Source: Pristiophorus japonicus
Lineage: Eukaryota
Direction: 5' to 3'
Length of the DNA: 64,000 nt
Assembly (NCBI RefSeq): GCF_044704955.1
Contig: NC_091999.1
Coordinates: forward strand, 52,390,001 to 52,454,000
This document shows, piece after piece, positions 48,920 to 62,349 of the stretch; the stretch's first letter is position 1; every line of letters starts with the position of its first letter. A model generated the notes under the pieces. That model was not told where the DNA came from. It worked only from the letters and a program-made list of their open reading frames with translations, and searched no databases. The position numbers and the translations under genes were made by a program.

Positions 48920-51815
48920 GCACAACAACAATAAATTACATTTATTCAGCGCCTTTAACATAGTAAAGAATCTCAAGGCACTTCACAGGACCTTTATCGA
49001 ACAAAATGTGACAACGAGTCACTTAAGGAGATATTAGAGCAGGTGATCAAAAGTTTGGACAAAGAGGTAGGGTATAAAGAGCGAGTTAAAGAAGGAGAAG
49101 GCGTCAGAGAGGCGTAGATGTTTAGGGAGGGAATTAGAAAGCTTATGCCTTTTCAGCTGAAGGTATAGCTGTCAAAGGTTGAGCGATTAAGAACACAAGA
49201 AATAGGAGCAAGCATAGGCCATTTGGCCCGTCGAGCCTGTTCCGCCATTTATTAAGATCATGGCTGATCTGATCACGGAATCAATTCCAATTCCTTGATC
49301 GCTCCCCATCACCCTTTACACCCTAATCACTCAAAAATCTGCCTATCTCCGCTTAAAATTATTCAGTGACCCAGCCTCCACAGCTTTCCTTGGCAGAGAA
49401 ATCCAGAGATGTAAGACACACTGAGAGAAAAATTCCTCCTCATTTCCGCTCTGAATGGGCGACCTCTTATTTTAAAACTATGCCCCCTAGCTCTTGAATA
49501 ACCCACGAGGGGAAAAATCCTCTCTGCATCTACCGTGACGAGCCCTCTCAGTATCTTGTATGTTTCAATAAGATCAACTCTCATTCTTCTAAACGCCAAG
49601 GAGTATATGCCCAACTTGCTCAAACTTTCTTCACAAGTCAACCTGTTCATCTCAAGAAGCAACCTAGTGAACCATCTCTGAATAGCCTCCAATGCAAGTA
49701 TATCGCTGCTTGTATAATGAGACCAAATTCGTACACAGTACTCTAGGAGTGTTCTCACCAATACTTTACACAGTTTTTGTAGGACTTGTCTGCTTTTATA
49801 CTCTTTACACCTTGCAATAAAGGTTAACATTCCATTTGCCTTCCCAATTATTTGCTGTATCTGCATACCAAATTTTTATGTTTCATGCACACGGACCCCA
49901 GTTCACTCTGTACTGCAGCATTTCGCAATTACTCTCCATTTAAATAATAATTTGCTTTTTTATGTTTCCTGCCAGATTTTCGGTGTCCTCCTCACAATTT
50001 GCTTTCCCACCCATCATTTTATCATTAGCAAACTTGACAACATTACATGGACCCTTCATCCAAATAATTATTATAGATTGTAAATAGTTGAGACACTTGC
50101 ACCGCAGTCTTTATCATTTGCCAACCGGAAAATGTTGCATTATTCCAGACTCTATGTTTTCTGTTCGGTAGCCAGTCCGCTATCCATGGTAATATATTTC
50201 CCCAAGCCCCGTGCACTCTTATCTTGTGCAGTAACCCTTTATGTGGCACTTTATAGACTGCCTTCTGGAAATCCAAACACATCACATCCACTGGTTCCCC
50301 CTTTTATCTCCTCAAACAACTCCAGAAAATTTGTCGAACATGATTTCCCTTTCATAACACACAGCTGACTCTGCTTGACTTTATTATTGGTTTCCAAATG
50401 TCCTGCTATTGCTTGCTTAATAATGAACTCCAGCAATTATCCAACGACAGATATTAGTCTAACTGGTCTATAGTTTCCTGCTTTCTATCTGCCTCCTTTT
50501 CAAATAGGGGTGTTGCATTGGCGGTTTTCCAATCCACCGAGCCCTCTACAAACTCCAGGATATTTTACTAGATTAGAACCAATGCATCCAGTATCTCCGC
50601 AGCAACTTCTGTTAAGACCCTAGGATGCAGGCCACTAGGTCCAGATGACTTGTCCATCTTTAGTCGCCATATTTTACCGAGTGCTTTTACTTTAGTGATA
50701 AGGATAGTTTAAGGTTCCTCCCTCCCTATACCCCCTTGATTATTTTTATTGCGATGTTTTTATTCTACCATAAAAACCGATACAAAATATGTATTCAAAG
50801 TATTAGCCACTTCCCTGTTCCCCATTATTTTTTCACCAGTCTCATCATGTAATGGACCAATGTTTACTTTTGCTACTCTCGTCCTTTGTTTATACCTGTT
50901 GAAGCTCTTACTGTCTGTTTGTTTATATTTCTTGCTAATTTACTCTCATAATCTATCTTTCCTCTCTGAGTATTTTTTTTAGTCATCCTTTGCTGTTAAA
51001 AAAAATTCCCAATCCTCTGGCCTCCCAGTTACCGGAGATATTCAAGAGGCCAGAACTGGAGCAGCGCAGAGATCTCGTAGGAGAGTCGGGTTGGAGGAGA
51101 CTACAGAGGTCGGGAGAGGCGAGACCGTAGAGGGATTGGAAAACAAGAATTAATGTTATAAAATCGAGCATTTATCAGACGAGGAGCCAACGTAGGTCAG
51201 CGAGCACAGGGATGATTGGTAAGCAGGATTTATAGCGAATTAAGCCATGGACAGCAGAGTCTTGGATGATCTAAAGTTTACGGTGGGGTAGAATGTAGGT
51301 AAGCTGCAAGGAGTGCATTGCAAAGTCAAGTCTAGATGTCAAAAAGCAATGGCTCATGTTTTCAGCAGCAGCTGAGATGAGGCAGAGATAGATTTTGCGA
51401 AGTTATGGAGTTCGGAGTAGGCGGTCGTGGTGATGGATCAGTAATGTGGTAGGGTGCACATCCAATGTTCAATTATGGCACCAAGATTACGATCAGTCTC
51501 GTTCAGGCTCAGAAAGTTACCAGGTAGAGTCAGTAATTAGGGAACGGGGTTTGTGCCAGAGACCAAAGACAATGATATTTATTACTGGATGTAGCACAGG
51601 CTGTTTGACAAATCTGAGAGAGTTTAGGTGTCGAGAGACCAGATGATGAGGTAAAGCGTGGTGTCATCAGCATACATGTGCAATCTGTAATATTGTGTTC
51701 GGATATAATCGCCGAGGGGCAGCACGGAGATGGGAAGCATGAGTTGCCAAGGATAGATACTTGGGGAACTCCAGAGTTAACAGTGCTGGAATGGGAATTG
51801 AAAGAGGTCCACAAT
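48920..51815 (-). mobile_element. L2 LINE remnant interrupted by a CR1 (49190-51030)
   Basis: L2 3' end at 48920-49190 and L2 ORF2 (SGVPQVSILG, FQSLYGLASPDL) at 51030-51815 flank CR1 RT motifs. Confidence 0.8.
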
Positions 51816-51879
51816 TGAACACAATACACTAAATGTGTTTTACCTACAGTCTTATATATGTACTTGTACTTCCACCTTT

Positions 51880-54390
51880 TTGTATTCCAGTTCGCTTGTA
51901 ATAACTTGAGATAATGGCCAATATTCCATTAGCCTTTCTGAATATATTTTGTGCCTGTCCACTGAATTGTAGTGCTTCCTGTACGTGGGAACCTCTCTGT
52001 TACTCTCAGGTTCCAAGCTTCTCACAATTTAGTAAATACTCTGATCTATCTCTCTTAGGTCCAATTGGATGATCTCAAACATACTCACATTAAACTCCAA
52101 CTGCCACAGTTTTGACCGGTTTTGGATTATATCTCAATGTATTGGCATTAAGTATGATCTCATTGAAAGACGTACGATTCTCAGAGGGTTTGATAGGCTA
52201 GATGCTCAGACGGTGTTTCCCTTGCCTGAATGATCGAGAAATAGGATGTTTCATCTCAGGAACAAGGGTCGACCATTGAGGACTGAGATGAAGAGATTTT
52301 GTTTCGCTCAGAGGGTTGCGATTCTTTGGAATTCTGTAACGCAGAGGACTGTGGATGTTCAGTCATTGATTATATTCAATGCATAGCGTGATAGATATTT
52401 GGACGCAAATGTAATCATGTGATATGGGGATCAGGTGGAAAATTGGGGTTGAGATCGAAGAACAGCCATGATCTTATTAATTGGCGCTCAGGTTCAAGGG
52501 GCCGTATGGTCGACTTCTGCGCCTATTTATTATGTTCTATGCTATTCAGCATTCCTTGCCAGACTTTGCATCAATACTGTTCAATTCCAATAGAGTGCTT
52601 TCCCATTCATCTCGCATTGTAGGCGTGTGATCTCCATTGGGCTGGGAAATCATTTTTCCCCTTGCAGATTAGGTCAAGGAGCTATATCCAGGAACTGTGG
52701 GTTTTAGACTTTGCAACCAGATCGCATAATGCCCTCACCCCACATCAACATAAACCAGTTAACTGCTAGATTTGCATTTAAAATGTATTTCACATGGCTT
52801 CCTCCTGAATTTCGTGCAGGAATTTCCTGGATCGTAGTTACTTAACAATCACGCTGAACGATGAACCAGTATATGCCTCAATCTGGGCGCCAGTAACTTT
52901 CGCCCAAATTTGCATGGATCTTACAAGAGAGCATATACCCCATCCGATTTGATTCCCATTAACAAATAAATAAATTAGGGCGGGCTGTACAATCAACCTA
53001 GTGCAGGATTTGATGCCCTGTAGAGGTTACAAGTTTTAATCTTGTTTTAATAAAGCTGTCAAAACTATACACCCGCAGCTAACCTTTGACTGCAGTGCAT
53101 GCGTATGTCAATAATCAAACTTGTTAATAAATTAAACCTAATTTTCCACCAATCTTTGTTGTTTCTTGATATGGGCAACTGTCAGAAATCCAAATGTGAA
53201 TTTTGCTACTGAAATATTTGACACCGATCCGCATTAGGAGAAATTAGCGCAGGTACCAAAAGCTTGGTCAAAGAGGTAGGTTTTAAGGAGCGCCTTGAAG
53301 GAGGAAAGGGAGGTAGAGAGGCGGAGAGGTTTAGGGAGGGAGATCCAGAGCTTGAAGCCCAGGGAACAGAAGGCACGGCCAACAATGGTTGTGCGATTAT
53401 AATCAGGGATGCGCAAGAGGGCAGAATTAGAGGCTGGAAGAAATTAGAGAGATTGGAGAGGCGATGCCATGGAGGGATTTCAAAATAAGGATGGTAATTT
53501 TGAAATTAAGGCATTACTTAACCAGAAACCAATGTAGCTCAGTGAGCCCAGGGGCGATGGTTGAGCAGGAAACGGGCAGCTAAGTTTTGGATACCTATCG
53601 TTTATGTAGGGTAGAATGTGGGAGGCCAGCTATGAGTGCATTGGAACAGACACATCTAGAGGTAACAAAAACATGGATGAGGGCTACAGCACCGGATGCG
53701 CTGAGGCAAGTGCTGTGGCCACGTCGTCAGAAGCTCATTTCAGGGTCAGAATATGATATCAAGGTTTGCTTCAGTCTCAGACAGAAGTTGGGCAGAGGGA
53801 TGGAGTCAGCTGCTCCAAGGAAATCACGTTTAACACATTTATTTGAGTTTGATATTCTTTTATCATTTCCTCATTAATGTATTTCAGCATGTGCCCGACG
53901 ACTGAGTTCAGGTTACCTGGCCTGTAGTTCCCTTTTATTTTATCTTTGCTCCATTTCTTTAATAGTGGCGTTATATTTATTACCTCCCAATCCACTGGGC
54001 CATTCTATTATCAGAAAAGTTTGGAAGATGACAACCAATGCATCCACTATCTCTGCAATCACCCCATTTAGAACCCTAGGGTGTAGGCAATCCGGTCGAA
54101 TGGATTTGTAGGCCTTTAGTTATTTTGGTTTCTCAAGTACTTTTTCTCTACTGATATTAATGAATTTAAGTTCCTCACTCTTAATATTCCCTTGTTTTTC
54201 CATTGCTTTTTTATGTTTTTGTGTCTACTACTGTGAAGGCAGAAACAAAATATTTGTTTAAAGTCTATGCCATTTCATTATTTCACCTGTCCCAGCCTGT
54301 AAGGAACCAACACTTACTTTTGCTACTCTCTTCCTTTTTACATACTTGTAAAAGGTCTTACCATCTGTTTTTATCTTTCTTGCTACTTAC
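51880..54390. mobile_element. Mixed CR1 and L2 fragments
   Basis: CR1 3' end on + (52150-52540), L2 on - (53215-53810, GRAFCSLGFKLW), CR1 on - (53830-54390, GNYRPG). Confidence 0.7.
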
Positions 54391-55100
54391 TCAACATTTA
54401 CCAAAAGATGTAGTAGAAAAACATCTATAAACTAGAAACTAGATGTCATAAAGATTAATCGTTGCGGAATACAAAAGGTCCGATGATGTCTAACCAATCA
54501 GCTTAATTTATTTGAGGAAGTAAATAAAGGGTAATGCAGTAGACGTAATGGCTCGGATTTTGCGGTTGCAATTGCAGCGAAACTGTCAGCGTTCACCACG
54601 TTTATCCTGTGAATCTGACAGCAACTTCTGTCTGATTCCTTCTCTTTCTAGACTACTCTTTATTCTAACGTGCCTTATCTCCCAGTTATATTCGTGACAT
54701 GTTTCTCCTCTCTGACACATCACCCTTGTTTCCCTCCCTCTGCCAAATAGGTTTGAACAGTAACAGTGTTACTGTGGCCTCCTTTCATGTTTGGCTCTTT
54801 GTTTCACCATGGCAACTCCACAACAAGCTTTTCATAGAATCTCTTAAAATCGCTTTCGGCCTGTATAATTTCTATTTGAATCCAGTCTAATGCATCCAAC
54901 CCATTCGAGTAAAAGTGACTCACATCTGCTTGTTCCATTCACTGTATTCAATTCCCATGCGTGAAAATCAATGTTAATTTGTTTGTTTAAATAACTGACA
55001 AAAATAAATTTATGATGTGATCAAATCGTCTCTCGGACGAGTAACACCAGATATAAACAAAGGTACCTTTTTATGTGTCACAGAGAATGGCTCACAGAAA

Positions 55101-55170
55101 ATGCATGGACCACAAAAGAGCCTGATTTATACCATTTACTACATCGTTCTTGCAGCTCTCGGAATCCCAT
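55101..55170 (+). CDS. Exon 1 of a second GPR139-like GPCR; exon 2 not in the window
   Basis: MHGPQKSLIYTIYYIVLAALGIP, gtaagt donor; same 70-nt length and phase as the exon at 36759; TATAAA at 55052. Confidence 0.85.
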
Positions 55171-57069
55171 GTAAGTTATTGTATTAATTTATTATTGATA
55201 CAAATCGATTACTTGTTGGAGTTAAGTTATAATTGTCTCGTTGTCTTAACCACCAATTCCTCCCTTAAAGTTGTATCCTTTCAGACAATAATGTATCCCA
55301 GCTTTCTGTTTTTTATTTTTTTGAAACAATTCGTTAACTTCCGATTCACACTCTTACACACACTCATACACACTCATGCACACAATGGATACAGGATTAT
55401 TCTCCTTCACAACCGATTTGCAGCCTCGTATCTGAACCCGATAGGTTCATTTTATGGAACACAGCACTGATAGCCTTGCCGTTGTTTCTACAGGAAAATC
55501 CGAGACATTGTGTCTTACTTCTGATCAGTGCCTTGAAATGAGGTTTAAAAGCTTTGGCCCTGACTTTGCTAAAACAATTAAAGGCGAGGCTATCAGCGCT
55601 TACTCTTATTAAAAGTAAATCGGACATCAACTTGCAGCATCCACACATGCAGAATCAAATGCTGAAATCAGAAAGTTGCCATCCGAGTTGCTTGGCTCCT
55701 ACAGGAGCTTCCTGTATCCTTTAACCGGTACTTGCTGACAGACTCGGCTTTCAAATACACGGCGTGAAGTAGGAATAGTTATGTGATAGATACACACTTT
55801 ACACCGCAGAATCATTTATGGTAAGTCAATTGATATGTAAATTATTTTTAACGGCGAGATAATTATTAATGACTGTCAAGCTATCTCTCTGGGCTGTAAC
55901 ATAACGTTTACATATGCAGAGTCCTGTTCCTTCAGTTGTTAATTTTTGTTGGAGATGTTCAATAAGTGTAAAAGATAAATATTTGTTATTTCTTTCACTT
56001 TTATCTCTCTCCCTTTATCCTAGCTTTCGTTGCTTCAATTTATTTCGCTTTACCTGATTGGTTTTGAAGTAACTATTCTAACTACACTTCTTGGTTCAGA
56101 TTCTGCGGATTGTTCGATCTGATTGGTTAATTGTGGACAGCGTTCAACGAACAACGCTAGCCGTTCATTGTACTTACACTTGCCCACAGACTTTATATGG
56201 ATTTTTGCACTGGAACTTTTGGTCTGCAGAAATCCAAAACAGCGCCGATCAGTGTGTGTAGAGGACCAGTAACTGCGTATCTCCTTAACCAACCAGACTG
56301 AAAAAAATCCTTACACAGACATGCCAAGTTTGATCCAGGAAGTGTAAGTTATAATAGGTAATTAAAAGCCAAGTCATGGACACAAAGCAAAAGAAAGTGA
56401 TGGAAAAAAAGGAGAGGATAAAGGAGAGCCACGGATTTTGCAGTTAGCTGCCCTCAATTAATACTGCCCACAATCATCCAGCGATCACTGTGGCATGGAT
56501 TCCACCTTTCCCAACATTAATTTCATTCTGGTGTTACCTATAGGGGATCACTGGCGTGCAGCGACAGTGATGTCATCAAGCAGGCTAAGAAGACGGTGAC
56601 AATGAATAATTCTTTAAACAGCAACCCAGGAAGTAGAAAGCATGGATTATCATTCACTTTTTAATCATTTAATAGCAAGCGAAAATGATATTGGGACATA
56701 CTCATGGCATTAAGAATGAAGCTGAAATATAAATTAAAAAAACTTAAAATATATATTTTATTAATTTAACAATCTAGGCTCTTTTTCACAATGCAGAAAT
56801 GTAACATTCTACAACGTATTTATCCAATGCAAGAGAGCGTTTTCAACAGTAATTATGACTTGCTATGCCTTTAAACCCGCCGTTCGCCGCATTCAACAAG
56901 GCATAACGTTTTCAGTTTTTTAGATGCGATATTAGAGTGTAAAAGTGGAAGTTCACGTTAATTCCGATGATTTTAAGATTTCTTTCTTCGAGAGCTTCAT
57001 CAGTGCATCCGATGGAGGAGCAGCGTATTACTTGCAGCAACTTCCAGATTTCGACATTTAAATCTGCGT

Positions 57070-57392
57070 CTTTGGACACGAGAAGGTGCAGAAAAGTTTT
57101 ACAAGAATGATTCCACAGATGAGGGACTTCAGTTACCTGGACAGACTAGAGGATCTGTGGTTGTTCTCCTTAGAGCAGAGATGTTTGGCAGGTGATAGAG
57201 GTGTTGAAAATCATGAAGGTTCTGCACAGAGCAGATCGAACGAAACGGTATGCATTGGCAGAAGGATAGAGAACCAGAGAACACAGATTTAAGGCGATTG
57301 GTAAAAGAACCAAAGGCAATATAAGGAACAAACTTTTTCGCACAGCTACTGGTTAAGATCTGGAATGCACTGCCTGAAAGAGTGGTGGAGTC
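57070..57392 (+). mobile_element. CR1 3' fragment
   Basis: QKSFTRMIPQMRDFSYLDRLE motif. Confidence 0.75.
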
Positions 57393-58578
57393 ACCGAGGC
57401 CGACCTGGTTGGGAACACCAGCAACTACAGCGGAGATAAGATGAGCTAGCCCAACGCAGGGAGCAGCATAAGCCGTCCTGAGAGGAAGACAAAAGCAAAG
57501 TGGGTGACAAAACCGACTTCACAGCAACTCAGGTAGCTGGTTGTTGGCGTAACTTGGAGTGACATCGAGCCAAGCGGCGAGGTCAGGGCCCAGAAGAGTT
57601 TGGCGAACAATGGAAAGTTTCGGAGGTTGGCGAGCAGCGTGAGGTCCGGAGGACGGTAACCAGTGGGAGTTCTGGATGTCACCGATCAGCACAAGCTCCG
57701 CAGGTCGGTGAGCAGTGGGAGCAGTGGCAAGGTTCGGAGGTCGGCCAGCAGCAGGAGGTTCGCAAGTCGGCGATTAGGGAGAGGACAGGAGGTCGGCGAG
57801 CTGTGGACATTAGCGAGGAGCGGAGGACGGGACCAGCGAGGCCTGGAGATGGGAAGTGGCGAGGAATAGATGTTGGGAACAGCGAGGTCAGTACCCATGA
57901 GCAGCAACTTCGAGTTCCATGAATACGAGGGAGACAGAAACTGCTGGACCGAGAGACGAAGACAGTTGGTGTATGCATGAGTGTACGTACTATACCTTTG
58001 CAGCAGAGCGTGGTCTTCAGTCACCTTGTATCCCCTTGCCACTTGGCCAAGACCTTGCTCTGCCAAGCCCGTGTGATAGCTGGTGTGCAACCGCAACCCG
58101 ATTTTAAAATATATCACATACAGGCATTTTCCTCCCTTCAAAAGGAAGTACTGGACCTGGAACGTCAGGACCCTCATGGACAACTTCAACAGTGACAGAC
58201 AGAAGTGTTGCATTACTGTCGTTGCCCGGGAACTCTGACGTTTTAATGGACACATCACCGCATTAAGCGAGATAGCGGCTAGGGGAAAGCCAGCTCAAAA
58301 AACAAGGCGGTGGGGACAGCTTCTTCAGGAAAGATAAACCATAAGAAGAATACCGGCTCCGTAGTGTTAGCTTCGCCATAAAAAAATGAGCTAGTCGGCC
58401 GTGTCAGAGACTCCCCTTGCTGGATAAACGAAAGCATCATGATTCTTTGCCTCACCCTAGCCCAGAACCAGGGTGCTACGGTCTACAGAGCGTACCCCCC
58501 AACCCTGGAAGCAACAGACGTGACCAAAGAGTAATTCTACTCCAGGCTCGAACAATCCCTGTCCCTCGGCTCAGCGGG

Positions 58579-59087
58579 TGTATTGTATAGGGTTAATCAT
58601 ATAGGGTTAATGATGATATTTAGTCATCTTGAGTGTGTTTCTGTCCCAGGCCTCATGGAATGATAAGCAGAGAAACAGAGAGAGAGAGCTTGAGGTCTCA
58701 TGCTTTGTGGACGAGCACCTGCGGCTTTATAGATTAGGAGTTCGCCATAAGCCACATGCACATGTTTTGCTCAATAGTATGTTATTGGATAATATAAAGG
58801 TACAGCACTGTCCCGTAGCTCTTCGAACTTCACCTTGGACCGAAATTCGCGAGCTGTGCCGGGACCCGCAATGCTCCAGACCAGCCGTCCCTTGAGGAGT
58901 TCTGGACGAGCAGAAGGCCGTGAGCTTTGTTACTTTGTATCATACTTCTCTTTTGTTCGTAAACTGTATTTTTAATGTTTATTTTCTCTCAGTAAACGGT
59001 ATGTTATTCTTTACGTCATTTGCCTTGTCTCTTATTTAACATTCATCCAGATCCCGAATCTGAGTCTATTATTATCAATCCAAAACA
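58579..59087 (+). repeat. 5' LTR (509 bp)
   Basis: Direct repeat of 62705-63216; TATAAA at 58793, candidate poly(A) signal AGTAAA at 58991. Confidence 0.95.
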
Positions 59088-59090
59088 TTT

Positions 59091-59108
59091 TGGCGTCACA
59101 AACAGGAT
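59091..59108 (+). promoter_or_regulatory. Primer-binding site, tRNA-Ser type
   Basis: TGGCGTCACAAACAGGAT; 17/18 to the complement of the 3' end of a vertebrate tRNA-Ser(CGA) as I recall it (TGGCGTCACGAACAGGAT). Confidence 0.75.
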
Positions 59109-59116
59109 CTGGTAAA

Positions 59117-60198
59117 ATGCTTAAGAGAAAAGACGAGAAGCAGTCTCCTCCTGCGAGAGAGAAGTATAGAATACCAGGGTGGGGAACGAGGGATGAGGGT
59201 TTTGGCTCTCTTGCCAAGGTGCTAGCCCGGTTTGGACCCCGGCAACATGGGGATACGCCGTTATTGGAACAGAACAAAGGTAGAGCCGTACCCCACGCAG
59301 TACTGCCTCTCCTGGACGAAGAGGGCTTCCCACAGGAGAAAAATAGTCTCCCACAAATGGAATGGATTTTGTTGATAGCCTTAAGGGCGATGTGTAAACA
59401 ACTGAAGGAAAGTGAGACAGAAAACCTACCGCTAAAAACAGCTGTTAAGGTTTTGGAAAGTAAAAACTCGACCCTGACTGAAGCAGTCCACACTGCACAA
59501 GAGCGGGTGGACAAGGTCAATGAACAAACAGAATCTTTAATATGCCGTCTGGTGACAGTACAAATTAAAAAGAAAGCTAGACGACGGAAATTACAGCTGG
59601 ATTCGAAATATATCGTTTGTATTTGCTGCTGCATGTGGTATGGGCTTGCTCAATCCGATCCCAGTGAGTGTTTAAAAGCCCATTGAAAATCATATGGGGA
59701 ATGTATACAAGCTGGAAGAAATGGAGAGGAGGGGGGAACGGGAGAAACTAAAGACCCTCCCCCATACGCTGCGAGCACGGAAGCTAGAACCCTTATGACA
59801 AATAAGACGAAACAGTAAGATGGGGAACAACCGGTAACCACTAGAGGGGTGCATGACTTCACCACTGATGAGTTACAAGAAATGGTTACTACTGGGGTCC
59901 AGCAAAACTATCCCTATGCCGTTGATTGGGAAGGGGAGGTAAAACCTTGAAATACTATGGCAGAGTGTGCAATACAGTTACGCAACATGGCAACACAGGG
60001 AAGAATATATCACCAACAATCTGGGGGCCAGATCACGAGCTCTTTACGGCAGGAAGGCGGAACAGCCTGATGAAGAGTGGCCCTCCTATGATGAGGGGTG
60101 CGCTACACGCATTATTGGGACCAGCCCAAGGGCAGCGGGTGGCGCACGCCTGCCTATTTTTAGGACAGTTAGAGGATGTAGAAGATCCCCTCGACTAG
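59117..60198 (+). pseudogene. gag: ERV gag remnant
   Basis: ATG just after the PBS; open ~190 aa with a coiled-coil-like stretch, then frameshifts; terminal TAG is in frame with the protease-proximal GDLRPHI. Confidence 0.7.
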
Positions 60199-60281
60199 GG
60201 GTGTTGCCGGAATCCAGGGGCACCCCCCGTTACAACCATATCAACCCAAGCTCCCGGGGATCTGAGGCCACACATTCTGAT

Positions 60282-60312
60282 TACTTACCTGACAGGGGAG
60301 TAACCATAATCA
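60282..60312 (+). ncRNA. U1 snRNA 5' fragment captured in the ERV (not a gene)
   Basis: TACTTACCTGACAGGGGAGTAACCATAATCA, 27/31 to human U1 nt 2-32 (TACTTACCTGGCAGGGGAGATACCATGATCA). Confidence 0.75.
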
Positions 60313-60544
60313 GCTTTGTTGAATGACGAAAGACTTTGTGAATGACTGTCTGTGAATGAAAGCGCTTTTGTGTTTTTTTGACTGCGGAATGAATTTTTCA
60401 TATGTCTGAAAGCCTGTTTGGAAAAATAGTGGAGCTGCCTGTTTGTTTTAGCTCCACCCATTTTTTCAAACAGAGTGAAAACATGTTTAACCCTTCGTAG
60501 TGTTGTCCTGTATGTGGGAAGTCTTCAGAAAGTGTGAACCATAC

Positions 60545-62307
60545 AGCGGACACCATACAAGAGCTCTTGGGGGCGGGTATCATTGGACACGCAGTGTCCC
60601 CCTACAATAGTCCTGTTTGGCCTGTGCAGAAACCCGACAAAAGTTGGAGAATGACTGTGGACAACCGACAACTGAACAAATTTACCCCTCCCCTGGCAAC
60701 CGCTGTCCCAGATGTAGCAACTATAACAGAGCGACTGTCTGAAGAAGGTGCGGAGTGGTATGCGGTAATCGACCTGGCCAATGAGACACACAAGGTCAGG
60801 CGAGCGCAGGAAAGCTCCATAATGCGCTGGAAATTGTATTTCGTAGACAGAGCAAGTACAGGAATAGAAGGAATCACCAGAGTACATGATCATGTGGATG
60901 AGTGCCTACATATAGCTGAGAGTGAACTTACGCAGTCGTCTGTCAGTTTAACCAAAGAGTCACCGGTCTCCTGGGGCGTGTCTTTTGAACAGTTAACACC
61001 TGAAGAACGTAGCCATGCCTGGTTCACAGATGGCTCAGCGGTCTGGCGAAACCGCCTTCGGTGATGCCGAGCCGCTGCCTTCAATACAAAAACCCAGACA
61101 AATGTGTATGATGAGGGCGTGGGAGGCTCCAGCCAGCTCGCAGAACTAGCAGCTGTAGTCCTTACGTTAGAAGAGGAACAGCAACAAGTAAACATATATA
61201 CTGACTCATGGGCAGTAGCCAATGGCATGGCGAGCTGGATGCAAAACTGCCATGAACATAACTGGCAAATAACTGGCAAAGACTTGTGGGGAAAGCACTT
61301 ATGGGAACAAATATCGTTCAAAGCCCAGAAGATGAAAATAGCTGTATATCATGTGGACGCTCACATGAAAAACACTTCAAAGACCTCTGAATATAAAAGC
61401 ACCATTGATAATATAGCCCGGGTACGGGCTGTCAAAGAGGCGGAAGAGGAAGAATATGGCATAGGCAAGTGGACCCACCACAAATCTGGACGTTTGTGCA
61501 TTCAGGGTACGATAAAATGGGCACGAAATAGGGGGTTACATTTGATTACGGAAGGTGTTAAACAGATCATAAACACCTGTGAAATTTGTCAAAAGGTGAA
61601 GCATTTTCCCTACAATGACAAACCGGTGCCCATATTAAGAGAGGGACTCAACCAGCACAAATATGGTAAATTGATTATATAGGACCTTACCATTGCAACA
61701 AAGGTTCCAATATTTCGTCACTGCTGTCGATAACTATTCTGGACTTTTGATAGCTTATCCAGTGACTAAAGCGAATCAACAAAGTACGATTAAACGACTG
61801 GAGAATTTAAACGTATACTACGGAGAGCCAGCAGAAGTACAGTCCGATAATAGGTCGCACTTCACAGGTCAAGCAGTGCAACAGTGGGTGTTAGACAACG
61901 GGATCTATTGGATGTTTCACATACCTTACTATCTGCAAACAAAGGGTTAATAGAACGCATGAATGGTCTACTTAAACAACAGATTAATATTAATTCCCAC
62001 TAACACCTTGCAAGGGTGGTTAAAGGTCTTACCACAAGCAGTGCACAATCTGAATCACCGACCATTAAGCGGTGGGAGCTCCCATAAGCCACATGTTAAG
62101 AAAGTTAGTGTCCCTACTATTGAAAAGGAAAATCAGACTCAGGACTCAGTTTGTGAAGGCGGAAAAGTGGTGGTGCAGTACCCCCAGAAACCCTTACAAG
62201 CAGGAGAAATCTTAGCGAAAAGAGAAGAAAACACTTATTGGGTGTTCCTGACTGGTCAAGATATTCCTCGCTGTGTTGACAAGGGTAAATTGACTAAACG
62301 AGGCTGA
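60545..62307 (+). pseudogene. pol: ERV pol remnant: RT N-terminus fused to tether/RNase H, then integrase
   Basis: SPYNSPVWPVQKPD..WRMTVD..LN..IDLAN joined to HKVRRAQESSIMRWK; WFTDGS, QLAELAAV, YTDSWAVANG, HVDAH; IDYIGPLP, QSDN, IERMNGLLK. Confidence 0.92.
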
Positions 62308-62349
62308 ATTAACATACCTATGCTTCCTCCCGCAGGAATTCTGCCCAAA

